Positions 14,149 to 29,615 of a stretch of DNA of 64,000 nt are shown in pieces. Under the pieces are notes generated by a model. The model did no database searches. It had not been told where the DNA came from and saw nothing but the letters and a program-made list of their open reading frames with translations. Position 1 is the stretch's first letter, and every line of letters starts with the position of its first letter. This DNA comes from Eledone cirrhosa (taxonomy: Eukaryota). The stretch spans positions 135,842,001 to 135,906,000 of the forward strand of contig OZ024741.1 of the NCBI GenBank assembly GCA_964016885.1, written 5' to 3'. The translations under genes were made by a program, and so were the position numbers.

Positions 14149-14489
14149 AACGAAGGAAGTGTGGTAGGGAACCAAATGGACCATAACGCACCAAAGTACT
14201 CAATGCTTAAGGTAGAAGAGTGGGTAATACGAAAATGTTTAACCCCGGGGTTAAACAATTTCCTATAGATATATGTATTTATGTGCATGCACACAAATAC
14301 ATGTACATACTCACATACGTATATAGATGCATACATCCCTACATTCCTTCATACCAACCTACCTGCATACATGCATACATACATACGTATATATATATAT
14401 ATACATACACACACAGACTGGTATATAAGACCTTGATTTGATAAAAGCGGCTCCGCGTCACACGAAATGTTTATGAATATTTAGTTGTC

Positions 14490-14695
14490 GGTTGATTGGT
14501 TGAGTCGCTAGATCATCACTTTGCGGCAAATAGTTACAGCCCATTATGTTTTGAGTTCGAATTCCGCCGAGGTTAGCTTTGCCGTTCATTCTTACGGGGT
14601 GATAAAATAAAGTACCAGTAACTCTCTGAGGTCGATTTAATCGAATTCCCTCTTCCCTTCAAATTGCTGGCCATGTGCCAAAAGTAGAAACAAAT
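14490..14695 (+). mobile_element. tRNA-derived SINE (older copy)
   Basis: B-box gagttcgaattcc, central gccgttcattcttacgggg..gataaaataaagtaccag, tail ggccatgtgccaaaagtagaaac. Confidence 0.8.
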
Positions 14696-15888
14696 ATGTT
14701 GATGTCTCTCCTTGCCTTCTGAATTAATATTCGTCTCAGACGATCATTGACATTTCTGTCCTTTAGAACTTTATAACAATCAATACCAGGCACATACTTG
14801 TATTGATTTTATCGATTATATCCGTCCACATCATATACGTGGCCTCAGTAATTACGCTCGTGGCTTTGTTGATGTTTAGTCCACGTTCTATGTTTATTGA
14901 GCAGACCTGTGATCTAAGACGTATCCGCCATGACCATTCCGACCTCATTTTTACTCAGGCAAACTTGATCTAGTATATATTACCCAATGTATCGTGTATG
15001 TAGTTATGTCTGTAAGCCAATGCGTTAATAACATTAATTATTATTTTATCTTCGTATTAATGTTTATAATTTTAATTTTAATTTTCCCAGTTTCTAGAGT
15101 CTTCTAGGCGGTGAAGTGGCAGTGTCGTTAGAACGTCGGATAGATTGCTTTGTGGTATTCATTTCAGCTCTCTGCTCTCTGAGTTCAAATCCTGTCGAAT
15201 CCAGCTTTGCCATTCATCCTTTTGAGATCGATAAAATGTAACAATCTAGTACTGGGGTTGATTCTTCCTCTATATCACTTTCTCACTTTATTTCTCTCTC
15301 TTTCTATCCTTCTCTGGAAGAAATCTCCTGTACTCAGACCTGGAACAGCATGGACTCCCCCAAGCTTTAAATGTCTAAGAAACGCCGTATGTCAATACGG
15401 TGTTCCTGCGACTCCTGAAGGAGTTAGGGACCATACTATACCAGAGTTCGTTTCTAAAGACATACATTCTAAGAATCGTGACTGCAATGAATCATCGTTT
15501 TCCCAAGATATATATCCATTCATACAACTTCATTTCCTACCAAGCAAACCATTCTACTCACTAAATTATATTATATGAGGTTGAGTATCCCGCAAACACG
15601 TGTAAACGTAACGTAATATGTGGGTACAATCAGAGTGATACAATGTGACAAGAGTTGGATCTCTTATGAGGGAGAGAGTGTCTATGCTATGTAAATTTTG
15701 CAAAGTTTGTGTTGAGAGAATTTTCTTCCTATGGATTAAGTCGGACCAGGATTATGTCAGGTACATTTGCGGATGTTAATACACGCTGCGATCGATGCAA
15801 AGATTGTATGGTTGCAAAATAAGCTTATCAGTTATGTATCCATATATATTTATACATACTCATATTCATTCAAGCATACACATATATA

Positions 15889-15970
<82 letters not shown>

Positions 15971-16127
15971 CAAAGTGAACGTGTGTATAGTCATATATTA
16001 ATAATAATAAAGTGCAATAAATTAGGTGTTTTCAAGCGGGCATTTCCCTTTAGAGGTAACAATATTAAAATACTCCTTTTTTCAATTACATTCTATCGTC
16101 AATAGACCAATATCAATACAGTACCCG

Positions 16128-16149
16128 ACTGCTACTGCTACTGTTATTG

Positions 16150-16208
<59 letters not shown>

Positions 16209-16266
16209 GCTGCTGTTACTGCTGCTGCTGTTACTACTGCTGCTACTACTACTACCACCACTACCG

Positions 16267-16343
<77 letters not shown>

Positions 16344-16415
16344 GCTGCTGCAGCTACTGCTGCTCCTGCTGTTGCTGCTCCTGCTTCTGATACTACTGCT
16401 GCTTTTGCTGCTGCA
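16128..16415. repeat. (ACT)n/(GCT)n microsatellite; similar tracts at 4560-4720 ((ACT)n, (AAT)n), 2066-2124 ((TTC)n), 12075-12370 (ATC-rich) and 19335-19440
   Basis: Directly visible. Confidence 0.95.
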
Positions 16416-18245
16416 ACAACACGTCCAGTCGTACGGAAATTGTCAATTACAAGTTGTGTATATTGTTTCAGTTCACGATATTTCTCTATTTGACCACCAT
16501 TGGCGCAACTGCAGCATTCTATGAAGGCTGGTTCCCTATTATTCTATGAAGGCGTTCGCAATTATTTTGCCAGAAATAGGTACATCATCTCTCTATCTTA
16601 ATCCAATATTATCTCATTTGACGCCATTCCAACACAACTTATCCCTTTTGATACCAACCAGGCTGAAATCACCCTGGTTTTTATGATAGAAAACAAACTC
16701 TCTATTTTTAAATGACCATACTTCATACTTATATTAAACATTGCATCATAATATATAAGAAAGGTTACTAATGAAAACCTTGTCTATTATATATTATTCC
16801 TCTACATTTCGTATCATTTTAAGCATTATTCGAAACAAATACCGTATGTATCAAAATGATTAAACACTCATTTCAAACCACATATATTATAATAGATTTA
16901 TTATAGCTTAGATATGTGATGCATCGATTTGATTTTAGCATTCAATCTGAGGTGTTTAGATTGTAATATACATTATAGGTGCCAGATTGTCAGCATCTGA
17001 TCCGGTTTTAAGTTCAAATCGCCTCCTGCCAGGAATTATGACCGGCTGAGAAGATCAGCATTTGGAAAGATTAATGGAAACATTGTTTCCTTGGTCTGAT
17101 ATAATGATGGCTGCTTTTTGTTTTTTTATTACACATTTTCAGCCGAAATAAACATAAATTAAAATGTCAGTTACAGCTCACACCAATGCAGGTTTAATCA
17201 GCCTCATTCGAAGTTATATCACATAGGAAGTTTCTGGTATGTTTTAATGACAGGGCCCTCATCCTTATTATGTTGTTATTACAGCCTATACCTATGTATG
17301 TTTAGCTGGTTGTATCTCATAGGTGATTTCTCATTTTATTTTAATGATGGTGTCCCCAGTCCTATCATTAAAACGACGGGAAATGAAGTGTCTTTCTCAA
17401 GAACACAACGCACCGCATTGTTCAAAAAACGAACCTACGACCTAATAATCGTGAGTTCAACACACTACCGCTAGACCTGCTAGACCACGTACCTTCACAG
17501 AGGTTCGATTGCAGTCAGTAGTAATAAATCAATTTGTTTAATGTAGCCACTTTATAAATACGTAGCCAGAGTTATAAATATGATTAACATGGTCAGATTC
17601 AATTGCTTTTGTTGTCTTTTCAGGCCGAAATTAGTTAAGGTTATTGTAATCTAGTTGGTTTCTATTCAAAACGAAAACTTAACACGCCATGTGCCAATGC
17701 TCCTGCTTATGAATAAGCTTAATATAGAAATGTAGGCAGTGATTACAACATTTGTAAATCTTCATTTATAGTTGAAAATAGTTTTATTTACAAAGTACAT
17801 GTTATTTTTAGTTGCTGCTCTCCGACCGATCAATTCTTCACACCTATACATGTGTGTGTTATTGACTCGTATAAACCCTATTCATAATACTTACATATCA
17901 TAATACCCGTCTCCATTTAATGAACCACGTTGTGGTTTAATTCCGACCTCTTATTATACGAAAATATGACGTCTGCTGACGGCGGATTGCCAACTATTAT
18001 AATCAAAGAGAAAACCACGTTCTCACATTATATATTGATTTTTTTCAACATCTAATCGATAAACATGTCTTCTAGTTTCCATCGGTACTTACTAGATTCT
18101 TACTTCATTCATTTTTCTGTGTCTATTATATATCTATACATATATCTATCGATCGATTGAACCATCTACATGTGTAACCATACATCGATCGCCCTATATA
18201 TATACATATATATATATATATATAATATATATAACATATATATAT

Positions 18246-18277
<32 letters not shown>

Positions 18278-18318
18278 TTATATATAATATATATATATAT
18301 ATATATAATATATACATA

Positions 18319-18489
<171 letters not shown>

Positions 18490-18497
18490 ATATTATA

Positions 18498-18541
<44 letters not shown>

Positions 18542-18590
18542 ATATATATATATATATATTGTATATATATATATATTGTATATATATATA

Positions 18591-18718
<128 letters not shown>

Positions 18719-18722
18719 ATAT

Positions 18723-18758
<36 letters not shown>

Positions 18759-19391
18759 TACGTGTACAAATACATAAGTTCTCATTATCGCACATTCGCA
18801 AATCGCAACTTGTGTATAAAACTGTATAACTCTAACTCGCTAAAATACTATTTAAATGCTATGTATGTTATTTATAGGATGATAAAGTAATTCAACCAAA
18901 TAGCTATTAATATCAACAATTATTTTAAAAGGCACACATACTTCTATACTTGCCACCACAGCAGCGTCCGTCTCATCATGATCGATGACTTCTGCAAAGC
19001 ATGCGATATGAAAAGTGAGAAGTTTTTCTAGCAATTGCAAACAGCGAACACACTTCAGATAAGATCGTTTCAGTGAACAGTAAAGAACGTTTATTAGAAA
19101 TTAATGGAGTCAATAATAGCTTGCTAAAAGAAAAACGAAACCGAAAGTGAATGTGAAAGTATAAGATCTAAGATCAGGCATGAGAGCCTCATATATTTCT
19201 TCTTTATAGTGGCAGTCAATGAATAGCGCCCATCAATAGGTCAAACATATAACCTTCCAAGGCTTTAAAGTGCTTACAATAATCTTTTGTCTTCTTTTGT
19301 CATTTATATTCCTTCTTTATTTTCTTTCGTATTCATTATTATTACCATTATTCTTCTTATTGTTGTTGTTGTTATTATTATTATTATCATC

Positions 19392-19441
<50 letters not shown>

Positions 19442-20962
19442 GCTTTATTTTTTGGTTGCTTTTATTTCTTTAATCGTTCTATCATCTAAATGTTTGTAGC
19501 AAAAACAGTCGTTCAACCTCAAGGTTCAATCGTATTCACATTCATACTTTACACGTTTTCTCATCTCATGAGTTATTTTAAATATGTTGGCTGTGTTAAC
19601 TCTTACAAAGAAGACAATATACTACAATAAAACAAACAAATGTCTTTTTCTTCCAAGTAATAAAATGGTGACCGATGATGATAATTCTCTATATTCTAAC
19701 TTACAGCCTACAATTGTTGAGGAAAGTTCTTTTATGTTCATGTATTGTGCCTCATGGTAGTAAATTGGCAGATTCATCAGAATGTCCGAAAGAATGCTTC
19801 TGAGGGATTCATTTCAGTTGTCTGTGTTCTGAGCTCATGTCCCACCGAGGTAATCTCACTATCTACCCCTGTCTTTCTCTCCATCTTTATTAGAAAGATA
19901 TCAAATGTCCTCCTCTGTGGAGAGGGATGTTATCCACCAGGTTTAACTGCCCAAATGAACTCCGGATATCATGATGGCACCCATCTGAATCTATTAGGAG
20001 ATTAGGACCCATAAACGGATTCTGCCTCATGTTTGGGAATTTGCTCAGTTTTCTTTTATATTGTGATTTTGATAACAACACCATCGCTGGTGACACATTT
20101 CAAATAAACCAATTTTCGCCAATCAAATTTCACCCACTAGGCTTCGTGAGGCCAACGTACAAGAGATTAACAAAAGAGGCAGCACTTTGGAACCAACCCG
20201 AATCAATGTCGCTGTGAGGCTGAACGTACCTATGCTTAGCGGCTATACCCTTGCCTTCACCGCATTGAATTGCCATATGGTTTAATATTGAACAATGTAA
20301 CGAACCAGCGAGAGATTTTCAACCTACTAGAAAGAGAGAGAGAGGCGGGGAAACAAGGAGAGGAGCAAGTCAATGAATTATATGTGATGTGTATTATTTG
20401 TATCCTTTCATTCTTTTAATGTGATCACGGCGTGATTGGACTCCGACATTAGCTCAGAAATATCTTACAGGTTTTTAGACAATTATATCGAACCTAATAA
20501 ATTGACTCGTATGAAATAGTCTATATGGTCACTCAACTGCAAGAAATAACAACACAATTCCCCACAAAATATATGCGGCCGTTTAAAAAATAAAAAAGGC
20601 TCTAAAATTTAGGTCTATATATAAATAAACGATGCTCATATATGAAACATTTTTTAATTATATATTTTTCGATAAAAGTTTAACCTGAATCTGAATAACA
20701 AAAAACAAATAAAGTTGATTACATTGGAAGCGAAAGAGACAAAACAAGAACAGAAAAGAAGGCAAAAACTAAGAAGAATGGAACCCGTTAGTAGAGGGTG
20801 GTATATCGTCTATGAACCTCAAAGTGTAAAAAGATAAATATAATCTTCGTATAATTTGAACTCAGAATGTAGAGACACACTAGGTGAATATGGCAGATAC
20901 AACTTCGATGTAATAATATATGTATATATTTATATATATATATGTGTGTGTATGTGTTGTGT

Positions 20963-21003
<41 letters not shown>

Positions 21004-21174
21004 TTTGTGTGTGTGTGTATTTATATATAAAATATATGAAATATATAAATATATGCATATACAAACACACACACACACAAACACACACATACACACATAA
21101 ACACACATACACACACACAAACACACACGCACACACATATATATATATATATACTTGTATATGCATATATACAA

Positions 21175-21249
<75 letters not shown>

Positions 21250-22696
21250 TATATGTATATATGTATATATATATAAGTACATTGCCAATTTTAGCTCTAA
21301 TGGGATCACAGAAAATTGTGCGAGGACCATAAACTTGATTTATAAGAGAGAAAAGCTCTTTAGTATCCATTTTGTCGTATGCTTTCAGAAGATCAAAAGC
21401 ACATTTAATCCACTCCCATAGTTTTCATGCTTCTGGCTTCCTTCTGCACCTTTCAGTTAACAGTTTTATATTGGGACAATAAATTTTCATTTTGTCGGAG
21501 TTATTTACATAGATCATTTTGCATGGAAAATATGCTTTCCTTATAGTAATCGCTATCGTCAAAACTTTCTTTGTTTAAGGAATTTGTTCGACATGATACT
21601 TCTTATAACATTTCCTAAATATTGCATTTGAGCAGAGTAATGAATTGACAGATTATTAGGACGTCGGATAGAATTATTTGTGATATCCGTTCTAGCTTGC
21701 TGCACTCTCCGTTTAAATGGGACCGAGACTAATATTGACCTCCTTGCATTTGAGGTCGATGAATAAATTCCTGTTCTACACAGTAGCGGGAGCGATAGTA
21801 CATATATATCTCTTTCCAACTTTCTCCCTCTCGCCCTCACGCTATCTGTGTTTATCTGCAATTATCTGTGTTTAGACATTCGGCGGAATGGACTCCGCCA
21901 TGTTTAAATGTATGAGACACGACATATATCACATCGGCGCCCCTACGACACAATTAGAAATTTAGTATTCATGGCACGACAGAGAAAGACACTCTATTTA
22001 GATCATCAAACTCTTATGGAAAAAATGTTATTGGCATGTAACCTATAATGGTTTGATAAATGTGCTGTTCTTTATCAGGCTTTTATTACTGTTGAACGAA
22101 GATACAAATTTTGTTGGTGAATTTGTAAATAGTATCCAACATTTGAAAATAGGAGTTTTAGTAAAGCTATACTTATGTCACATATTAACATTCTCATATT
22201 TCCGGAATATGCCAAGAAAGATATATTTAGATGGATTTGGAGGGTTTTGTGCTCGAAAAAAAAAAATAATCCTCTGAAATTTCATGAGCACAATGAAGAT
22301 ACGCTTGAATGTTGTTTAGCCAGATATGGACATGTAGAAATTCAATTCCGTTTGAATGTTCAATGATTAAGTGCGATTAATGGTTGCTGTACATTAAAGT
22401 CTGAAGATTAGCGAGGAATTGCAGAGACAGCATTGTCTTTAATAAAATAATCTTCATCCAGTGTGAAATCAGTAGGTAGCCTTATATAATGCAGTATATC
22501 TTTATTTCATAACTATATAGCTCTTATACTGATATAGATATCTCACAAGAGTTGTTGGTTATCATGTTGCACACACACACATGTGCGAGCGGTCTCTCTC
22601 TTTAATGCACATATATAAATGTCTCTTATTCACACACTTACATTCATAGGGAAAAGGATTGTTGTCAGTACAGCACACGGACACATAAGTACCCCA

Positions 22697-22746
<50 letters not shown>

Positions 22747-22832
22747 TGCTGTACTGACAACATTCCTTTTCCCTGGTTAATACGAAATATAAATAATTAA
22801 ATATTTTGATCATAACGATCAATACATATGAT

Positions 22833-22866
<34 letters not shown>

Positions 22867-23661
22867 GGGGGGGGGGGTGATTGTGTGTGTGTTTGTGTGT
22901 TCGTGTTTGTGTGCGTGTGTATGCATACATATATATTTTACATTTCTTTGGCATTTTATAATAGAAACAACAACAAAAAAAAGACCTCAGATTGTCTTCT
23001 ACTGGTATTTGTTTTAACGGGAATCTACGATTTCCATTTAGTTTTCCATAATGCCTATGCTGTATAAATTGCCTCCATTGTTTCTATGTTTTTTGGTTCA
23101 AATAATGACACGTGACAGTCTATTTGATAAAACAACTAAGCTGGTTTGCGTTTTTTTTATTTGAATTAAGAGAAGATGAGTAAGAGTTCCATCGATTCTC
23201 TGTCCTCAATAATAGAATGTTGCTCAACGCATTATTACTGGTGAACTGCGAAATATCCAAACGTAAATTAGGATTGCATGTATGTGGATGCAATTCGACA
23301 GCAAAAACTTAAATTGTTATAATCTTATAGAGATTTTTTTTTCTCGTAACTATTATCTTATGCTCAAATTTGCTGAACGAAAAATGTTATTGAGGATCGG
23401 GAAAATAATGCTCCTCGCAGTTAAATTCTGCTATGCACTCACACACACACACACCCACACACACATGCATCATACATACATATATATATAGAAAGAGAGA
23501 GAAAGTTAAGAGGGAAAGAGAGAGAGAGAGATGCAGATAGATAGATATAGATATAGAAATATATTAAGATTAGGGTTATCATAAACTAACGTTAACATCA
23601 CATACACTCACACGCACACACATACAACACCTTCACACACACATACACATATATATATATA

Positions 23662-23806
23662 CCAGGGCGCTAAAAAGTTGCTGGCTTTGGGTAAAAGAAA
23701 CATATTCCTCTACAAGATTCACACACTTATTGCAGCGGTCCTACCTCCACTGTAGAGGGAACTGCCCCACCCCTTCGTGAAACCCAGGCAATTTTCGGCA
23801 CCATGG
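23662..23806. mobile_element. Mariner/Tc1-type MITE
   Basis: TA-flanked imperfect TIRs CCAGGGCGCTAAAAAGTTGCTGG ... CCAGGCAATTTTCGGCACCATGG. Confidence 0.65.
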
Positions 23807-23827
23807 TATATGAAATTTTGTAACGTT

Positions 23828-23940
<113 letters not shown>

Positions 23941-24022
23941 AAAATAACGGAGCAAAGAAGTCGCGTATAATCCTGTAATTAAATGAGCTCAAAGGAAAGA
24001 GTTTTCCTGGACACTTTAAAAT

Positions 24023-24158
24023 ACGATATATAGAGGGGAAAGACACAGAAGAGTGTGTTTTTCTTTACAGGAAGTTCAAACCACCAGCGTGAAGAGAATA
24101 TAAACTACTGTAAAGAAAAACACACTCTTCTGTGTCTTTCCCCTCTATATATCGTATT

Positions 24159-24159
<1 letters not shown>
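24023..24159. repeat. Inverted repeat (~47-bp arms) with a one-sided tail, between (TA)n tracts
   Basis: aaatacgatatatagaggggaaagacacagaagagtgtgtttttctttacag and its exact reverse complement. Confidence 0.85.
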
Positions 24160-24226
<67 letters not shown>

Positions 24227-24393
24227 CCTTTCTCTCTACCTAAACACCGCAACCCTAACTGTTATTAACCAAATGAATGCACTCTGAACGGCTGATTGCA
24301 ACTGCATTACTGCAACTCGGCAGATTCATTAAGCGACCTAGATGCTGACCTGGGACCGTTGAATTAATACCAGCGATCATCATTGATTTTATA

Positions 24394-24446
<53 letters not shown>

Positions 24447-25185
24447 ATATAATATACGCCAAACAATGAAGTCTCGTTTTTATTGTGTCATACTCTACTT
24501 GTGCATCGAGTGCTCATATTCTTATCACCCCCAGTAATTCACTGAATCACATACACAATATATATATATATACGTATGTGTGTGTAAAGATCATAGCTAC
24601 TAGATGTAGCAGCCAAATACACTGATGCACACAGAATATAGAAACATCAACCATTAGCGAGAGACACACATTCATTCACATAGGAAATAGTTACCGATGT
24701 CTTCTGAATAGCTGGAAGACAACACACATCAACTCTAATTTCTCATAGCGACTGAATACCTGTTTGGTTTCGTTTGGTTTCTACTCAATCTTACATTAAA
24801 AAAAAATTATGATAAAGAAAATTAAACAATAAATCAGATAAAGCACAAATGAAACGCTATTACAATCGAAAGAATGCAGGGCATACATAACAATTATTAG
24901 ATTTTTGTACTAATCGTTAATGTAAAAATAATTGCAATACCAAGAGAAATGTTTAAATAAAGCTTTCCCCCAAAATACAAATGATAGTTTTGTTAATTAT
25001 AAAATTAGACTGTTCTCCTCGTCACTTATTTTCTCCCTCCCACTCACCTCTATATTTATCCCTCCTATATTTGTTTTTTCTCTTTATCTGTCACTTCCAT
25101 CTCTCCCTCTTACACTTTCTATCTAACTATTCCTGCCACCTTTTTCTCACTTTCCATATATCTCTTAATTTTTATCTTCCTTTCA

Positions 25186-25316
<131 letters not shown>

Positions 25317-25894
25317 CACACACACTCCATCTGCCCATTCTATCTCTTTCTCATCTTCTCTATTTCGCTTCTCTTTATCGCCCCTGCCCTCTCTCTCCAT
25401 ATTCTCTCTTTCTTCCTCTCTCTCCCTGTAATCTCTCTATTCCTCCCTCCATATTCTATATTTCTTCATCTCTCTCCCTATTCTCTCTTTCTTCCCTCTC
25501 TCGCTTTCTCCCTCTTCTCTCTTTCTTCACCCCTCTATCTCCCTTCCTCTCTCTCAATTCAAATCCGTAAGATGCCATAGTAATTTTTACTGTATACATA
25601 TTTAAATCTCAAGCATTCAAAATAAGGAATTAACATATATTTTAACAAAGGAGGAGCCGTATCACAAAACTGGTTGTAATAGGATGATTATTTATATAAA
25701 ACAAGTCTTTCATTGAGAATTGACTGAAGACAGCAAACTAAAGGAAAACTACTTAGAGAGCGGAGAGCGAAAGCTTGGTCAACCAATGGTGACTGTAAAT
25801 AAAAGTATGAAAGACTCTGACGGTGTGCTGTGAGAAATGTAACATAGTTGGGACAAGAAGCAGGGAGTTGCTAACAGTGATCTGAACATAATAT

Positions 25895-26072
25895 CATAGA
25901 AACGTTGGAGCAGGGTCAGACGCTTTGCAGCATAGAGTTATAGCTCTTTATTATCTGAGTTCAAATCCCGCCGAGGTTAACTTTGCATTTCATCCTTACG
26001 GGGTCGATAAAATATATTACCAGTAATACACTGGGTATTTGTTGGCCTTGTGCCAAAAGTAGAAACAATTAT
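25895..26072 (+). mobile_element. tRNA-derived SINE; further copies on the minus strand at about 26100-26300, 28875-29025, 29460-29615 and 31553-31718
   Basis: gagttcaaatcccgccgaggttaactttgc(c)tttcatccttacggggtcgataaa...tgtgccaaaagtagaaacaattat. Confidence 0.85.
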
Positions 26073-29000
26073 TTCGCAATCGTGATGATGATTATTAATG
26101 GTTTCTTATTTAGGTACATGGCTCGCAATTTGGGGTAGGGTTAAATCGATAAAAAATGACCCCAGTACTTGACTGCTATTTTATTCTATCGAACACTTAT
26201 GGATGAAAGATCCCGATGTGATTTAAATCAGAATAAATAAATCAGAATAAACAAATGCGGGATGTCATATTTTTCCAACGCTCTAACAATTTTGCCAATT
26301 TGGCTAATAATTATATGCTGGATCCGTGGAAATAACAAGATGGCTAATAATAATATGCTGGATCCCTGGAAATAACAAGATGCCTAATAATAATATGCTG
26401 GATCCGTGGAAATTCCACGGTTGTTGACAATAAAGACACACTAGTTATTCTGACCTATTTTTATAATCAAATATATATAATTTTGTTGAAGTAATTCATC
26501 ACCTGTAGACAGATATTGTACCTTAGTATTTAGTGCCATATGTAATCTCTACAACGTGTACCCTCGTCTCCAGTTATGCGCCCTATTCTTTCAAATAATT
26601 CAATTTCATCTTACAGTTTGGTAAGATGAGGAATCTTGTTTTTGATACTTTCTAATCTTATCAAACTAAGAGAATAACTTAGCCTGTATTTTCGCCTACG
26701 CACTCTTCTCATTGCTTTGGGTATTTCCATAACGTTGCTTCGCGGAAAATGTTTCGTGATTTATTTATTGATTGAAAGAAATAGTTATATATTTCATTTA
26801 ATTATACACAGTTGTATAAAACTGTGATCCTTTACGGTTCAGTAATGCTCTTTTCAGAGTATAGCACCACCAGCTACTGCCTAGTTAACCTTAATTGTAG
26901 AGCAGATCTTCTCTCTAGATGGAAAGAATCGGCTGAATATGAATTAATTTTATTTTGCTCAACATCTAATATAATTAATAATCTACAATCATTACACTGT
27001 TGCATCAGTAATTTATATCATTAAGTTAATACTTCCTTATAAACATTGTTTTTATGATAGATTTATCATTCTTTGTTGTTGTTTTTTTTGTTTATTCATA
27101 TTACCCTCCCTAAAAAACCTGAATTGTTTTCATAGCCTTAGAGAATGCATCATATATCTGTTCGTGGTTAAATACTAGTTGTGGTAAATATACCCTTTCT
27201 TATTAAATGTTTGACTCGGTGCTTTATTTATTGTCATTGAATGAATTATTCTAACTGGAAACACTTCGTTGTAAACGGTGAAGATTTGCAGATGACAGTT
27301 CATTGCACTAAAACGCATGTATTACATAATTGACAATTAGAAATATATAAATTGTATTTCAATAATAAAAATACAGTCTTTGCTTTCTCTTCCTTACCAC
27401 AACTTCAACCAGCATACCCACCGACAACGCCACCACATTAAGAGATAGTGCACATATGAGTATATCACATACGGGTATGTGTGTGTGTGTGTCCGTGTGC
27501 GTGGTGTGTGTGTTTGTGTGTGTGTGGGTGTGAGTCAGTATGTGATTATTATTACCATCTCCCTCCAATAAATTCTCACTTTCTCCCTTGTCTCTTTCTC
27601 GAACCACGTAGCATACGTACGTACATAAGCTTAATATTATTATAAACATTAATTTGTTATTACTACGCCCTTAGCAGTGTAGTCAAGGGCAACAGTTTCT
27701 CGCTGAACAAAATGCCAAATACTTTAATTCCAGTTCAAATTCCACTGGATTTATCATCGATCTCTCTAATGTCGATTACATAAACTCTATTTCTGTGCAT
27801 ATTTAGGTTACTTCGATCGATTGTGAGCGATCCCCACAAAATTTGTTCTCGCCCACGGCACTCTGATTTCAAACCTCCCTAAAATCAACTTTAAGAGCTG
27901 CTAAATAATAAAGTACTAAAATAGAGGCGATGGATTTGTGGAGTCATTAAAGAGTGGGATGAGATACTTGGTGGCATCTGTTCCGATTCTGTAGCCTCCG
28001 AGTTTGTATCCTGCTCTCTGTCACAAAAAAGAAAAAGGAACAGAGCAACGTTGTCGCTACCCAATACTCGGCAGGCTGGCATCTTATGTGAAATAACTAA
28101 CAAAGAAAAGAGAGGGAAACCTTGAGCATTCTCAAATACCGATTGAAAAATGCTTATGTGGTTTCCTACATTATTGCAAAGGAAATAATGATTAAAAATA
28201 CCACTGAATATTTTCTCATATGGAATGTAATGGATCTCTACCGGTTTTAACGATGAGTGTTCTAGTTTCAGATTAATACTGAAATCTGCTGGTAAAATTA
28301 ACGGCTATGCAGCTTAGCATTCCACAAACAATTGATCCATTATCGTAATTCTCAAGAAGATTCAGAGTGGCATTGTGTGTAGCTTAGCTGGTCTTTCTAA
28401 TTACAGGTACCATGCCTCAGTTGGGCTTCCAAGCAATTTCCGACTGCCCAATTTTATTCATAAGCCTTACATTACCCCAACGCTATTGAAAAGAAACTTT
28501 CCCAGGAAAAGACACAGGGATCTAACCCGGCAAAGAATGGTAGCGCATCAAACTTCTTAATTATTCGACAATAGTGCGACCACTAACCATAATATACATA
28601 TATTGAAAATAATTAATTAGTAACTGCAAAGAAATTAGATCGTTGTCTTATGGGAAATTATTTAAATATTTTGATCTAGTGCTCAAAGAAGTACAACAGA
28701 TTTACTAAAAAATATATTTAATAAAATAGAATCATAGAATTATTTTTACATAAATGTATTTGTGAGTGAATAATAGTAACATCTAAACTATAATAAAGGA
28801 AGGTCTGCGGACTGCGTACGGTTTATTTTTTTTTTACCCCGTTAGTAAAATAAGTTGGATTACTTTGAATAAATAATTGTTTCTACTTTAGGCACAAAGC
28901 CAGCAATTATCCCAGTGTATTACTGGTACTTTATTTTATCGACCCCGTAAGGATGAAAGGCAAAGTTAACCTCGGCGGGATTTGAACTCAGACCATAAAG

Positions 29001-29615
29001 GGCCGTAACTCTTTGCTGCAAAGCATAATGAATGAATATTACATAATTTATCTACTAAATTTCGTAAACAAAAATAATTTCGTAAAAATAAATAATATAA
29101 ATTTGACTTCTTTTCAAAGTTGCACTTCCGCTATATCGTCGCCACCACCATCACATCAACTACCATATATATAGAAAGAGAGAGTGTGTGATGTCAACAC
29201 TTCCGGTGGCGATCGCTTAAATAAACATACTAATTTTCTGTCACTAATTTTCTCCTAATGCAGTTTACAATATCGTCTTTTTTTAATGTATCGTGGATCA
29301 TGGATTACGTTACTGAAACATAGTCTTCGTTCAATTTCTGTGTATATTGTCAATTACGATTGTATTTGATGTATCATATCTACATGTATATACACCTGCG
29401 TATAATATCAATATACACACTACACCCGAAGGGTAGTTTTCTGCTAGTTATTATAATATTGGTTTCTTATATAGGCACAAGGCCAGCAATTTTTCGGGAG
29501 GGGAAAGTCGATTAAATCGGCCCAGTAGGTGACTGATACTTTATTTTATCGACCCCGTAAGGATGAAAGGCAAAGTTAACCTCGGCGGGATTTGAACTCA
29601 GATAATAAAGGGCCA

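Noticed and set aside
26600-26630. 4-nt microexon-like ttacag|TTTG|gtaaga
   Set aside because: Expected by chance in 64 kb, and no host gene model supports it.
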